Below, in pieces: positions 36,980 through 46,461 of a stretch of DNA of 64,000 nt; the first letter of the stretch is position 1, and every line of letters begins with the position of its first letter. The notes beneath the pieces were generated by a model. That model had not been told where the DNA came from and searched no databases. It saw only the letters and a program-made list of their open reading frames with translations. Source of the DNA: an uncultured cyanobacterium. GTDB taxonomy: Bacteria; Cyanobacteriota; Cyanobacteriia; Pseudanabaenales; Pseudanabaenaceae. Made by a program: the position numbers and the translations under genes. The stretch covers positions 2,816,001 to 2,880,000 of the forward strand of contig OY969811.1 of NCBI GenBank assembly GCA_963703315.1. The letters are read 5' to 3'.

Positions 36980-37963
36980 TTACGGATTAGCGATCGCTGG
37001 ATTTTCTTGGACATTAATCACCAGCACGCGAACTTTAGAACACCGTGTGGCAATGTCTGAATCGACAGGATCGTTTTCGTTTTGTTTTAAGTCAAGTTTT
37101 AAGCCTAGAAATCCCAAGGATTGACAGATAAGCTCGCGGATAATCTCGGCATTCTCACTTAATTCTGACGTAAACACAATTGCATCCATGCCCCCTAAAC
37201 TCATGAGCATCGAACCAAGGCATGACCGCAACCGATGAATGTAAATATCCAAAGCTTGTTTTGCCCTAGAGTTATCTGTATCAATCGCTGATCCTACTGA
37301 TTGCGGATCATCAGATTTTCCAGAAGTCTTAACTAAACTGGATTCTTGATCATTCTCTCGCTTTGATGGCTCATTGGGTTTATTGTCCTGTCGCATCATC
37401 TCATTTAAAACATTAGGATCAACTGAGCCAGAGCTATAATCAATCATCAAACCTTCTAAAGGTGTAAATCCAGTAGCTGTATCGATGATCTGACCATTGT
37501 GAATGGCAGCAAGAGAACAACCATTGTCCAAATTGCAAGTAATCAATCGCAAGTCTTTAATATCTCTCTGTAAGACTTCCGCAGATCGTTGAGCGCAATA
37601 ATAGTGACTACTTTCATTGAGTCCATAATGACGATGATCAACTTCTACAGGAGGACTGGAAATTGTCGAGATATTGGCTAAATTTTCGGAATTAGTAACT
37701 GCAAGTTTCTCGACATTATCAGGCTCTTCATCTTCCAAAGTTGTCTTAAGCACAATTTCTTGCCAATCCAAGTCTAACCTTACACAAATTTCAAAAAATG
37801 TGAATCGCTCAACTGGTTTTCCTGCAAAAAATCGCCAAATCGGCTGCCGCGTTTTAAGCCCCACTTCCTCAGCAAGGTACTCTTGTGTCCAACCCGTATG
37901 GGCAAAACGCTTTTTAGCCTTTTTGATCCCTGATGCTGATGCTTTTAATGATCGCTTAGAAAT
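36980..37963 (-). CDS. N-terminal HTH fused to a degenerate C-terminal half of acetate kinase; apparent ATT start
   Basis: Frame is open to 37963 (ISKRSLKASASGIKKAKKRFAHTGWTQEYLAEEVGLKTRQPIWRFF). AckA-like 'LITCNLDNGCSLAAI..G..IDTATGFTPLEGLM' and 'LGGMDAIVFT...EN'. AGGAG lies 9 nt before the ATT. Confidence 0.75.
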   Translation of the reverse strand: MSKRSLKASASGIKKAKKRFAHTGWTQEYLAEEVGLKTRQPIWRFFAGKPVERFTFFEICVRLDLDWQEIVLKTTLEDEEPDNVEKLAVTNSENLANISTISSPPVEVDHRHYGLNESSHYYCAQRSAEVLQRDIKDLRLITCNLDNGCSLAAIHNGQIIDTATGFTPLEGLMIDYSSGSVDPNVLNEMMRQDNKPNEPSKRENDQESSLVKTSGKSDDPQSVGSAIDTDNSRAKQALDIYIHRLRSCLGSMLMSLGGMDAIVFTSELSENAEIIRELICQSLGFLGLKLDLKQNENDPVDSDIATRCSKVRVLVINVQENPAIANP

Positions 37964-37994
37964 AACTGCAAACTCCTATTCATAATTTTGGTAA

Positions 37995-38063
37995 TAAGTA
38001 ACCAGATCCAAGCTGTGGCGCACGCTGCGTCACAGCTTAGATCTAATTGTGGTGAGGTACTTA
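37995..38063. mobile_element. Short TAAGTA...TACTTA element with a GCTGTGGCGCACGC hairpin
   Basis: taagtaaccagatccaagctgtggcgcacgctgcgtcacagcttagatctaattgtggtgaggtactta. Confidence 0.6.
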
Positions 38064-38145
38064 AATATTGATGATAGCCAAAAGCTAATATCTCTAGTAT
38101 AGAGATTTATAACAACATCAAACATTTCAATCATCTCAATCAAAT

Positions 38146-38204
38146 TATACCAAGACCAAATTTTAGTGGCGCGGCTCTGCCGCGCCACTAAAATTTGGTC
38201 TTGC
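38146..38204. repeat. Perfect hairpin with a TATACC arm downstream of the livM-like gene
   Basis: caagaccaaattttagtggcgcggc-tct-gccgcgccactaaaatttggtcttg. Confidence 0.8.
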
Positions 38205-38211
38205 CCGTCCC

Positions 38212-39108
38212 TTAACGATTTAAAGTTAATTCTTTTTTATTGCCTAAAATCCCCTGTGGTCGCCATACCATCAGCAAAATTAGAGTTACACCAATCAAAA
38301 TTAGCTGAATTGCTTCAAATCTGCCACCATCAGCACGAATTTGTTCAGGTAGAAACCGAGGCAGAGCATTGTAGAACTGAAATATTGCCGCGCCAAGAAT
38401 TACACCTAAATTATTGCCAGCACCGCCAATCGTGATAATTGTCCATGCTTGGAAGGTAATCAGGGGGACAAAATTATCGGGATAGACTGTAGTTAGCTGC
38501 CAAGCGTAAAATGAGCCTGCCAGACCACCGATCGCCCCGCCGATCGCAAAAGCCTGTAACTTATACCAAAATACATTTTTACCTAGAGCTTTCACTACTT
38601 CTTCATCTTCGCGGATTGCCTTTAACACCCGTCCCCAAGGCGATCGCACTAACCACTCTAAGCGCCAATATACTACTGCCACGACGACTAGTAACAGAGC
38701 CGCTAATACAAAGGAATAATATTGACGGGAGATTAGAGTCACTAATGGCAGTGGGAAATCCTGCACACCTCTTGTGCCTTTGGTCAGCCATTCTTCATTA
38801 TTGACGAACAGGCGCACCATCTCCGATACCCCAATAGTGACGATTCCTAAATAGTCTTCGCGGAGTTTTAGCGCCGTGCTACCGATGATGATGCCCAGTA
38901 ATCCTGCGATCGCCGCCGCGATCAGAAATGCTAAAAACCAAGGCACACCATTAAGGCTGAGCAGTACTGTGGTATATGCCCCGACCGTCATAAACGCGAC
39001 ATGACCAAAGTTTACCAATCCTGCAAACCCCCATTGCAGATTTAGTCCCAGACTAAACAGAGCAAAGATAGCCGCATTAATAAAGAGTGTTGAGATATAT
39101 TCGATCAT
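38212..39108 (-). CDS. Branched-chain amino acid ABC transporter permease (LivM-like)
   Basis: 'LGLNLQWGFAGLVNFGHVAF', 'LREDYLGIVTIG' and 'SPWGRVLKAIREDE'. Confidence 0.92.
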   Translation of the reverse strand: MIEYISTLFINAAIFALFSLGLNLQWGFAGLVNFGHVAFMTVGAYTTVLLSLNGVPWFLAFLIAAAIAGLLGIIIGSTALKLREDYLGIVTIGVSEMVRLFVNNEEWLTKGTRGVQDFPLPLVTLISRQYYSFVLAALLLVVVAVVYWRLEWLVRSPWGRVLKAIREDEEVVKALGKNVFWYKLQAFAIGGAIGGLAGSFYAWQLTTVYPDNFVPLITFQAWTIITIGGAGNNLGVILGAAIFQFYNALPRFLPEQIRADGGRFEAIQLILIGVTLILLMVWRPQGILGNKKELTLNR

Positions 39109-39235
39109 AAATATTTACCCGCATACAAAAGCATGAGTCACAAAGCTCATACTTTTATGGGTTTGCTATAAATTGACTGCGCTAGCGATATAGTAAGTCT
39201 AGACTGGTACGTTTTAAAAGACCATTTAAAAGACC

Positions 39236-41251
39236 ATGCGTCTATGCATTAATCCTAACTGCCCAATTCCTGATCATCCTGACAATGACAATTATCTGAC
39301 TTGTCAGGGATGTGGCTCTGAACTTTTGATTGATGGTTGCTATACGGTTACCAAGTTATTAAGTGATGCTGGCGGATTTGGGATAGTCTACGAAGCATCT
39401 GATCCTGAAGGCAAAGCCAAAATCTTGAAAGTCCTCAAGCAAGAGGTGAGTGAAGATCCTAAGGCTGTATCTTTGTTTCAGCAAGAAGCTTTTGTCTTGG
39501 GGCAGATTGAACACGCGGGGATACCAAAAATTGAAACCTATGTACATCATTACCTCGAAAATGGGAAAATGTTGCATGGCATTGTCATGCAAAAAATTGA
39601 GGGGCTGAACCTCGAACAATGGATTAACCAACGCGAGCAGAAGCCGATCGCCCAAAAAAGAGCAATTGTTTGGCTGAAGCAATTGGTAGATATTTTGTCT
39701 GTAGTACATCGCCACAAATATTTGCATCGTGATATCAAACCCGCAAATGTTATGTTGTCACCATCGGGGCAACTGGTTTTAATTGACTTTGGGACAGCCC
39801 GCGAAGCCACCCATACTTATCTTGCCAAGATTGGTAGTGTCGAAGGTGTAACGAGCATCTGCTCAGTGGGCTATACGGCTCCTGAACAGGAAAAGGGATT
39901 TGCTGTGCCGCAGTCCGATTTTTATGCCCTCGGCTGCACGATGATTCATTTGGTGACGGGCAAATATCCCCTCGATACTTACAGTCCCGATCGCGATATG
40001 TTTGAGTGGCGATCGCACGCCCCTGAAATTTCAGAAGAGTTTGCCGATTTAATCGATGCCTTAATTGCTCGAAAACCAAGCGATCGCCCGATTAATTGCG
40101 AGTCAATTTTAAAAATCCTTAAGGAAATTGAACAAATTGATCAACTTCCAAAAAGTGGCAAAAATAGCGCTAAACGTAAATCAATTAAGCAGGCAATTAA
40201 AGACTCAACTCGCAAACCAACTTCACCAATTTTATTAACCATCTCCGTAGTGATTGCCGCCTTTGTGGGACTGAGCATTGGTACAGTAATTAAGGTTTCG
40301 GCGATCGGCAATTTTGAAGAAATTAGCATTCAATTGCCCGTATTTCAACAAAAGCGTCTCACACCATTTCGATTTTTGTCAGGACATACAGATACAATTC
40401 AGAGCGTAGCCCTCAGTCCTGATGGCAAGACGATCGCTAGTGCTAGTGATGACGGAACTGTGAAGCTTTGGGAACTCGCAGGGGATAATCCTAATCCCAT
40501 TAAAGAAATCAAAGATCTTGGCGGCTGGGTACGCTCAGTAGTTTTTGTATCTGATCGCCAGATTGCCACCGCAGGGCAAGACAAAAATATCAAGATTATT
40601 GATATCGCCTCAGGAAAAATCCTCAAAACACTGACTGGTCATACCAATCTCGTTAATAATTTGGCGATCGCCCCTGAACATGATCTACTAGTCAGTGGCA
40701 GCTATGACAATACCGTAAATATTTGGCGCATCTCGACAGGTAAGTTAGAGCGATCGCTCAAGGGACATAAAGACAAAGTGTGGGGAGTCGCAATTTCACC
40801 CGACGGTAAGCAGGTTATCAGTGCTAGCCGCGACAAAACAGTACAAATTTGGGACGTAAAGACAGGCGAAAGTGTAAAAACCTTGCAACATCCATCAGGA
40901 GTAACCTGTGTACTCGTAACTCCCGATGGTAAGCGCGTGATTAGCGGTAGTAGTGATAAGGCAATTCGAGTCTGGGGTCTGGAATCGGGTAAGCAACTAT
41001 TTGAATTGGGTGAATATCATGATGCCATCAGTGCGATCGCTATTACTAGCGATGGCAAATATCTCTTTAGTGGTGGTAAAGATAACTCAAACTCCATTCG
41101 CCTATGGAACCTCCAAACTAAATCTTCTATCTGGACTCTCATTGGTCATACCGATTTGGTAACTTCTTTAATAATTACTCCAGATAATCTCAAACTGATT
41201 AGTAGTAGCCAAGATAAAAGTATTGATATTTGGGAAATTCCTAAACTTTAA
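39236..41251 (+). CDS. Ser/Thr protein kinase with a TM segment and WD40 repeats
   Basis: 4-Cys prefix; HRDIKPAN, DFG and APEQ motifs; seven 'GH...V..VA.SPDG....S.S.D.T..IW' repeats. Confidence 0.95.
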   Translation: MRLCINPNCPIPDHPDNDNYLTCQGCGSELLIDGCYTVTKLLSDAGGFGIVYEASDPEGKAKILKVLKQEVSEDPKAVSLFQQEAFVLGQIEHAGIPKIETYVHHYLENGKMLHGIVMQKIEGLNLEQWINQREQKPIAQKRAIVWLKQLVDILSVVHRHKYLHRDIKPANVMLSPSGQLVLIDFGTAREATHTYLAKIGSVEGVTSICSVGYTAPEQEKGFAVPQSDFYALGCTMIHLVTGKYPLDTYSPDRDMFEWRSHAPEISEEFADLIDALIARKPSDRPINCESILKILKEIEQIDQLPKSGKNSAKRKSIKQAIKDSTRKPTSPILLTISVVIAAFVGLSIGTVIKVSAIGNFEEISIQLPVFQQKRLTPFRFLSGHTDTIQSVALSPDGKTIASASDDGTVKLWELAGDNPNPIKEIKDLGGWVRSVVFVSDRQIATAGQDKNIKIIDIASGKILKTLTGHTNLVNNLAIAPEHDLLVSGSYDNTVNIWRISTGKLERSLKGHKDKVWGVAISPDGKQVISASRDKTVQIWDVKTGESVKTLQHPSGVTCVLVTPDGKRVISGSSDKAIRVWGLESGKQLFELGEYHDAISAIAITSDGKYLFSGGKDNSNSIRLWNLQTKSSIWTLIGHTDLVTSLIITPDNLKLISSSQDKSIDIWEIPKL

Positions 41252-41262
41252 TTAGACCTCAA

Positions 41263-41317
41263 TGATGGGTTACGCGATCGCTAACCCATCCTACGTTTAA
41301 TTCCAACAACTTACTTA
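41263..41317. repeat. Right half of the REP-containing TAAGTA element (compare 55222-55342)
   Basis: tgatgggttacgcgatcgctaacccatcctacgtttaattccaacaacttactta is near-identical to 55288-55342. Confidence 0.8.
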
Positions 41318-41338
41318 GTGTTACTTAGGGATAATTTT

Positions 41339-41935
41339 ATGGAGAGTTCTACGCAGCAAGTCGATCCCATCACCTTAGTTATTTCCGAAGTTGTCGAGCC
41401 AAATCTTATCGAAGATTATGAAACTTGGACAAAAGAAATTAATCATGCAGCCCAACAATTTGATGGATTTATGGGTGTTGAAGTAATTCGTCCTCGCGAT
41501 CATCAACATCCTGAATATGTAGTCATCGTTAAATTTGATAATTACGAACATTGCAAAACTTGGCTGACTTCATCTGTTTATCAACAAGGGATGCAGAAGG
41601 CTAAAAAATTTATCTCTCAGCGATCGCAGCAATATCAACCTAATGGATTAGAACTATGGTTTACGCTACCAAAAAGTAAATCCTCAAACTCATCGCAGCC
41701 CGCATATTACAAACAGGTAATTATTGGCGTGATTACTGTATATCCTCTTATTCTGCTTGCCAAATTATTACTTAGTCCATTCCTTCAAGGACTTCCTGAA
41801 TTATTGGCTCTACTTATTTCGGTTACCTTTGTATCAGCATTACTCACCTATCCAGTTATGCCATACCTGACCAAAGTTTTAAGTTTCTGGCTCTATCCTG
41901 CAACATCTCAGCGCAAGAGATACCCAAAACCGTAA
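41339..41935 (+). CDS. Antibiotic biosynthesis monooxygenase-like (ABM) protein with a C-terminal membrane part
   Basis: 'FDGFMGVEVIRP...EYVVIVKFDNYEHCKTWLTS', 'GLELWFTLP' and 'LTYPVMPYLT'. Confidence 0.85.
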   Translation: MESSTQQVDPITLVISEVVEPNLIEDYETWTKEINHAAQQFDGFMGVEVIRPRDHQHPEYVVIVKFDNYEHCKTWLTSSVYQQGMQKAKKFISQRSQQYQPNGLELWFTLPKSKSSNSSQPAYYKQVIIGVITVYPLILLAKLLLSPFLQGLPELLALLISVTFVSALLTYPVMPYLTKVLSFWLYPATSQRKRYPKP

Positions 41936-42016
41936 GAAGGGAGTGGCGGCGTGAAGCACCGCCACTCCTGACATAAATGGTTACCGCTATAGTTATAATT
42001 GCGCTGTAAGCAATGC

Positions 42017-42120
42017 TAAGTATCTGAGCATAATTAAAAACCAGAACCAAAACCTGTGGCGCACGCTGCGCGTGCGCCACAGGTTTTGGGATTGTATATT
42101 TAATTGCGCCCAAATACTTA
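42017..42120. mobile_element. MITE-like element TAAGTATCTGAGCATAATTAAA...TTTAATTGCGCCCAAATACTTA with a GTGGCGCACGC hairpin
   Basis: Terminal inverted repeats plus an internal ccaaaacctgtggcgcacgc-tgc-gcgtgcgccacaggttttgg stem. A GTGGCGG hairpin is adjacent at about 41940-41969. Confidence 0.75.
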
Positions 42121-42157
42121 ACCAGATACTTAAAAAGACAATCTTGAGGAGATATGA

Positions 42158-43003
42158 ATGGTAAACATTGGTTATCATACCGCCAGAATTCAAGGGAAGT
42201 TTATTCGATCTGTTTATAAATCCAGTATTTCCAGTCTAGTCAGTTTGCCGATTAAACAAGATCGTCAAGTCCCCATCAAAGTTTATGCCCTATCCTGTGA
42301 GCGTGATTTGCCCGAACAAGTCGCCAGTTTACGGTCTTTCCTGCGCTATGTCGGCATTCCCACAGCCTTCACCATCATGTCTGATGGAAGTTATACCCAA
42401 GAGAGTATTCAGCTATTGCAACGGATTCATCCCTGCGTTGATGTCCAACCTTTAACAAAATTTCAAAGAGATGACTTGCCTCCATCTGTCTATGAATATG
42501 CATCACAGCAAGCAATGGGAAAAAAACTTGCCGCCCTCATGTCAATTCCTATTGATGGTGCAACACTTTATACAGATTCAGATATTTTATTTTTTCAAGG
42601 AGCTTCTAATTTAGCTGATTTAGCGACTGCTAAAGATGGACATACTTACTATTTACCAGATTGCAAAAACTCTCTAGATTCGCGGCTAATTTATGAAGAT
42701 ATTGAGCAGCAGGAGCCAATCAATGCAGGTTTCATTCTCTTTAAGAAAGCTTTAGATTGGGATGAGACTGTGCAAAGATTGACAAAATTACAAGAGCCTC
42801 CCAACTACTTTTCTGAGCAAACCATTGTCAATTTAACAATTAAACGTAATCATGGTATTGCCTTCCCAAAGGATAAATACATTATGAGTGTTGAAGATCA
42901 ATTTATTTATCCAGATAGATTTGTCAATAACCAAATTGCAATGCGGCATTATGTAAGTGATGTAAGACATAAGTTTTGGCTGTCCGCTTTATTCAAATTA
43001 TGA
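42158..43003 (+). CDS. Putative GT-A fold glycosyltransferase
   Basis: DxD motif 'LYTDSDILFF', 'INAGFILF', 'FSEQT' and 'RHYV'. Confidence 0.7.
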   Translation: MVNIGYHTARIQGKFIRSVYKSSISSLVSLPIKQDRQVPIKVYALSCERDLPEQVASLRSFLRYVGIPTAFTIMSDGSYTQESIQLLQRIHPCVDVQPLTKFQRDDLPPSVYEYASQQAMGKKLAALMSIPIDGATLYTDSDILFFQGASNLADLATAKDGHTYYLPDCKNSLDSRLIYEDIEQQEPINAGFILFKKALDWDETVQRLTKLQEPPNYFSEQTIVNLTIKRNHGIAFPKDKYIMSVEDQFIYPDRFVNNQIAMRHYVSDVRHKFWLSALFKL

Positions 43004-43026
43004 CCGTACAATTCATCTAAGTTTTT

Positions 43027-45036
43027 ATGCCCCAAATATCTAGCTTTGATATCTTTGACACTCTTCTGACAAGGTTGGCAATTGAACCTACAGAAATCTT
43101 TAAAATTTGTGGCGATCGCGCTTTGCAAAGGGGATGGATCAATCTCTCCGCCGAAACCTTTCAAAAGCTAAGAATTGCTGCTGAAAAGCGATCGCGCTTA
43201 TTTTATGCAGGGGGGGAAGCTAATCTTGATGAAATCTATCGCGAAGTTGAGAATACTTTAGAAATTGGGATAGAAGTAGTTAATAAACTTAAGGAGTTAG
43301 AGCTAGAAGTTGAGAGAGAATATCTCGTGCCAATACCTGAAGCGTTTGGCTTAATTGCTGAGGCAAGGCGATCGCATCCCAATGTTGTCTTTATTTCCGA
43401 TATGTATTTACCCGCCGATTTTATCCAGAAATTGCTTGTAAAATATGGCTTTTGGCAAGAAGGCGATCGCTTGTATGTGTCTTCTCAATGGCGCAAATCT
43501 AAGGGAAAGGGGGATTTGTTTTTACAAGTTCTAGAGGATCTGAACTTAAAGCCTCAAGAGCTTACTCATATTGGCAATAATTTACAGGTTGATGTAGATA
43601 AACCACAATCCTTGGGAATTAATACAATCTATTTTGAAGCAGCAAATCCGAATCGCTATGAATTAATTTTACAAAAGTATGCCAACTCTACTAATGGAAT
43701 TACTTCTACGCTTGCTAGTATTTCTCGCTATACCCGCCTAACTCAAGCTGCAAAAACTCCTAAAGAGACGAGCATTCGAGATGTAGCAGTTTCTGTGGCT
43801 GCACCGATTTTAACGGCTTATGTAGTCTGGATCTTACAACAGGCTAAGGCTCAAAAATTGGAACGAATTTATTTTCTGGCAAGGGATGGTGAGATTTTAT
43901 TGCAAATTGCGAAAGAGCTTGCTCCCAAGATTTATCCAGAAGTGGAACTGCGTTATTTGTATGTCAGTCGCCAAGCTTTGAGAATGCCGGGGCTAACAGA
44001 GATTAATCAAGCATTTTGGGAATGGATGTTTGATAATACGGAGATTTTTACAATCGATAGTCTGTTACAGCGAATGTGCCTTGATCATCAATTGGCTCAA
44101 CCAATTTTGGAAGCTTTAGGATATCCCAGCGATCGCTGGCAACAAAATTTAGCTGCACAAGAGCGGATTGGATTACGCAATAAACTGGAACAGCATCAAC
44201 CTCTACAAAAATTAGTTCTCCAAATCGCTGAGCAGAAACGTGAAGTTCTCCAAGCTTATTTGCAACAGGAAAAGATGCTAGATGGTAAAGCTTTTGGATT
44301 AGTCGATGTGGGCTGGCGGGGCAGTTTGCAGATTTCCCTAGAGAATGCCTTTGCGATATTTGGAACTAGAAATCCTGTAGGTTTCTATTTTGCGTTAGAT
44401 AAACCAACGGGAGGATTGAAGCTTAAGGGAGAAGTATTTGCTTTTTTGTTTAATCTCAATCAGGCGATTGGGCTGCGGAATGATATTGATTATCGCTATG
44501 TATCAGCAATGGAAGTTTTTTGTGCGGGTTGTGAAGGAACGACTTTAGATTATGCTTTGCAAGCCGATGGTTCTGTGGTTCCAGTCCTCAAACATACGCA
44601 TAATCAACCTGCTCAGGATTGGGGGCTGAAATTTTTTCAACAATCAGTGATTGCTTTTGTCCGTCATTTCCTAGAGCGATCGCCCGATGATTTGATGCTG
44701 ACGACTTCTCCAAAAATATTACGGGAAGCTTTAGATGAGCTATTTCTCACTTTTAATAACTCGCCCACATTCCCAGAATCCACTGCATTTACTGATTGTC
44801 CATTTTTTGATGATCCCAATGAGCTTTATCATTTTTATTGGGCAATGCCTTTGCAATTAACCGATGTTGTGAAATATGCGATCGCTAGGCGGGAGTCGTT
44901 AACCGTACATCGCAATGCTTGGTATCAGGCAAGTTTGCAAGTTAGTTCGCCCCTTGTGAAAAAAATTGTACCTGTGGCGATCGCCCAACGTAAATTTCTC
45001 AAGCGTCTCAAGAAATTAGTATTAAATAAAAACTAA
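43027..45036 (+). CDS. HAD phosphatase + phosphoribosyltransferase-like fusion (putative glycan ribofuranosyltransferase)
   Basis: 'SSFDIFDTLL.R', 'FISDMYLP' and 'HIGNN...D' (HAD); 'YFLARDG' and 'LVDVGWRGSLQ' (PRPP-binding-like). Confidence 0.7.
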   Translation: MPQISSFDIFDTLLTRLAIEPTEIFKICGDRALQRGWINLSAETFQKLRIAAEKRSRLFYAGGEANLDEIYREVENTLEIGIEVVNKLKELELEVEREYLVPIPEAFGLIAEARRSHPNVVFISDMYLPADFIQKLLVKYGFWQEGDRLYVSSQWRKSKGKGDLFLQVLEDLNLKPQELTHIGNNLQVDVDKPQSLGINTIYFEAANPNRYELILQKYANSTNGITSTLASISRYTRLTQAAKTPKETSIRDVAVSVAAPILTAYVVWILQQAKAQKLERIYFLARDGEILLQIAKELAPKIYPEVELRYLYVSRQALRMPGLTEINQAFWEWMFDNTEIFTIDSLLQRMCLDHQLAQPILEALGYPSDRWQQNLAAQERIGLRNKLEQHQPLQKLVLQIAEQKREVLQAYLQQEKMLDGKAFGLVDVGWRGSLQISLENAFAIFGTRNPVGFYFALDKPTGGLKLKGEVFAFLFNLNQAIGLRNDIDYRYVSAMEVFCAGCEGTTLDYALQADGSVVPVLKHTHNQPAQDWGLKFFQQSVIAFVRHFLERSPDDLMLTTSPKILREALDELFLTFNNSPTFPESTAFTDCPFFDDPNELYHFYWAMPLQLTDVVKYAIARRESLTVHRNAWYQASLQVSSPLVKKIVPVAIAQRKFLKRLKKLVLNKN

Positions 45037-45080
45037 AAGTTGTGACGCACGCGCAGCGTGCGTCACAACTTTTAGTTTTT
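45028..45080. repeat. Perfect hairpin overlapping the stop codon
   Basis: aaaaactaaaagttgtgacgcacgc-gca-gcgtgcgtcacaacttttagttttt. Confidence 0.8.
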
Positions 45081-45128
45081 GAAAGCGCGAAGCGCTGTAA
45101 CTTGCGTACAGCATTGTAAAATTTGATT

Positions 45129-46259
45129 ATGAGTGTACTGAGTCAAACCAAAACCATCGAGCCAGCCCTTGCTGCGGTCAAGCAACGCCTAGAAGAAGGT
45201 GGCGCTTTGCTTCCAGATTCGTCTGACAACTTGCTAGAGGTTGTTGGCATTCTCAAAAGTTATGGCGTGGTGCTAGGCGAATACTATAGGAACCTCACCT
45301 ATATTTCGGAGCATCAGTTTCTAGTATTTTTCCCATTTTTTAAATTTTTTAATGGTGATTTTGCTCTAGGTAAGCTCGGTCGCCATCTGTGGCACGATCG
45401 CATTAACTTTGAGTTTGCCGAATATTGCATGAAGGCAATGTTTTGGCATGGTGGCGGTGGACTAGATCAGTACTTAGATTCGGCAGAATTTAGTCAAAGT
45501 GCTAAAAGGGCGATCGCTGCTCAAGTTAAGCGTAATCCTCTGCTAGCCGCAGTCAATGGACTATTCCCAGATTTTCTCCTAGAGCAAGTGCGTCTGATGA
45601 CCTACTACAGCGCTCTTGGCTATTTCTGGTCATTTATGTCACCAATGTTTTTAGAACTGAGCGATCGCTATGATCGTGGTGAAATCAAGAGCATTCCCGA
45701 TGTGGTTCAACACATTCAAGATGGGCTAGTGGCGGCGGCGGCAGTACCTTACATTTACAAGGTCACGATCAATGGTGAAGACTATGAGATCGTACCTGCA
45801 TCGGCAAATTTAACATTTTTGATGGATACGGCTGTCCCCTACGTTGAAGCTGTATTTTTCCGTTCCTTTCCATTTCGTGGCACGACTTCCTATAACGCAC
45901 AGGCTCAGCAAATTTCTTCGGACATTTCCCAATTTAATTATGGTGTGCTATATGCCGATCCTTTGCCCGTCGGTGGCGCTGGAATTCCGCCCACATTACT
46001 GATGCAAGATATGCGTCATTTTTTGCCTAAATATTTGCTTGATGTTTACAAAGCAAGCGATCGCGGCGAAGAGGATTTATTGGTCAAGATTTGTCTTTCT
46101 TTTCAAAAGTCGATGTTTTGCGTAACCACAGCCGCTTTACGTGGTTTAGCACCCCATCCCTTGGAAACAAAAGACGCTCAAGAAAAGAAAGCTAATGACA
46201 AATTCTTGGCTCCTTGGCTAGCAAGGCTATCGCGATCGCGTTTATATACATTGCAGTAA
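45129..46259 (+). CDS. cupB: CO2 hydration protein of the NDH-1 CO2-uptake complex (CupB/ChpX type by length)
   Basis: 'HLWHDRINFEFAEYCMKAMFWHGGG', 'SYNAQAQQI' and 'ADPLPVGGAGIPPTLLMQDMRHFLP'; about 376 aa. Confidence 0.88.
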   Translation: MSVLSQTKTIEPALAAVKQRLEEGGALLPDSSDNLLEVVGILKSYGVVLGEYYRNLTYISEHQFLVFFPFFKFFNGDFALGKLGRHLWHDRINFEFAEYCMKAMFWHGGGGLDQYLDSAEFSQSAKRAIAAQVKRNPLLAAVNGLFPDFLLEQVRLMTYYSALGYFWSFMSPMFLELSDRYDRGEIKSIPDVVQHIQDGLVAAAAVPYIYKVTINGEDYEIVPASANLTFLMDTAVPYVEAVFFRSFPFRGTTSYNAQAQQISSDISQFNYGVLYADPLPVGGAGIPPTLLMQDMRHFLPKYLLDVYKASDRGEEDLLVKICLSFQKSMFCVTTAALRGLAPHPLETKDAQEKKANDKFLAPWLARLSRSRLYTLQ

Positions 46260-46262
46260 GCT

Positions 46263-46303
46263 AAAAAGAGAGTGGCGGCGCGAAGCGCCGCCACTCTCTT
46301 TTT
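46263..46303. repeat. Dispersed GTGGCGGCGC-GAA hairpin
   Basis: aaaaagagagtggcggcgc-gaa-gcgccgccactctcttttt. Confidence 0.85.
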
Positions 46304-46461
46304 GGGTATAACCATAAATATTCATGTAAATGTTCAGTAAAATGTCTGATGACATAAATTAATGAGGTGAATTAGGATTATAAAAATTTTCAGGATCTGA
46401 TTGAGGTATCGCGTTGTTACCATTACGATCGCCGATCAATTCTTTGCCCTCAAAATCAGTG

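Noticed and set aside
2833..39108. Scattered LivK-, LivH- and LivM-like genes and the separated stomatin/NfeD genes as a rearrangement signal
   Set aside because: Dispersed transporter subunits are normal in cyanobacteria.
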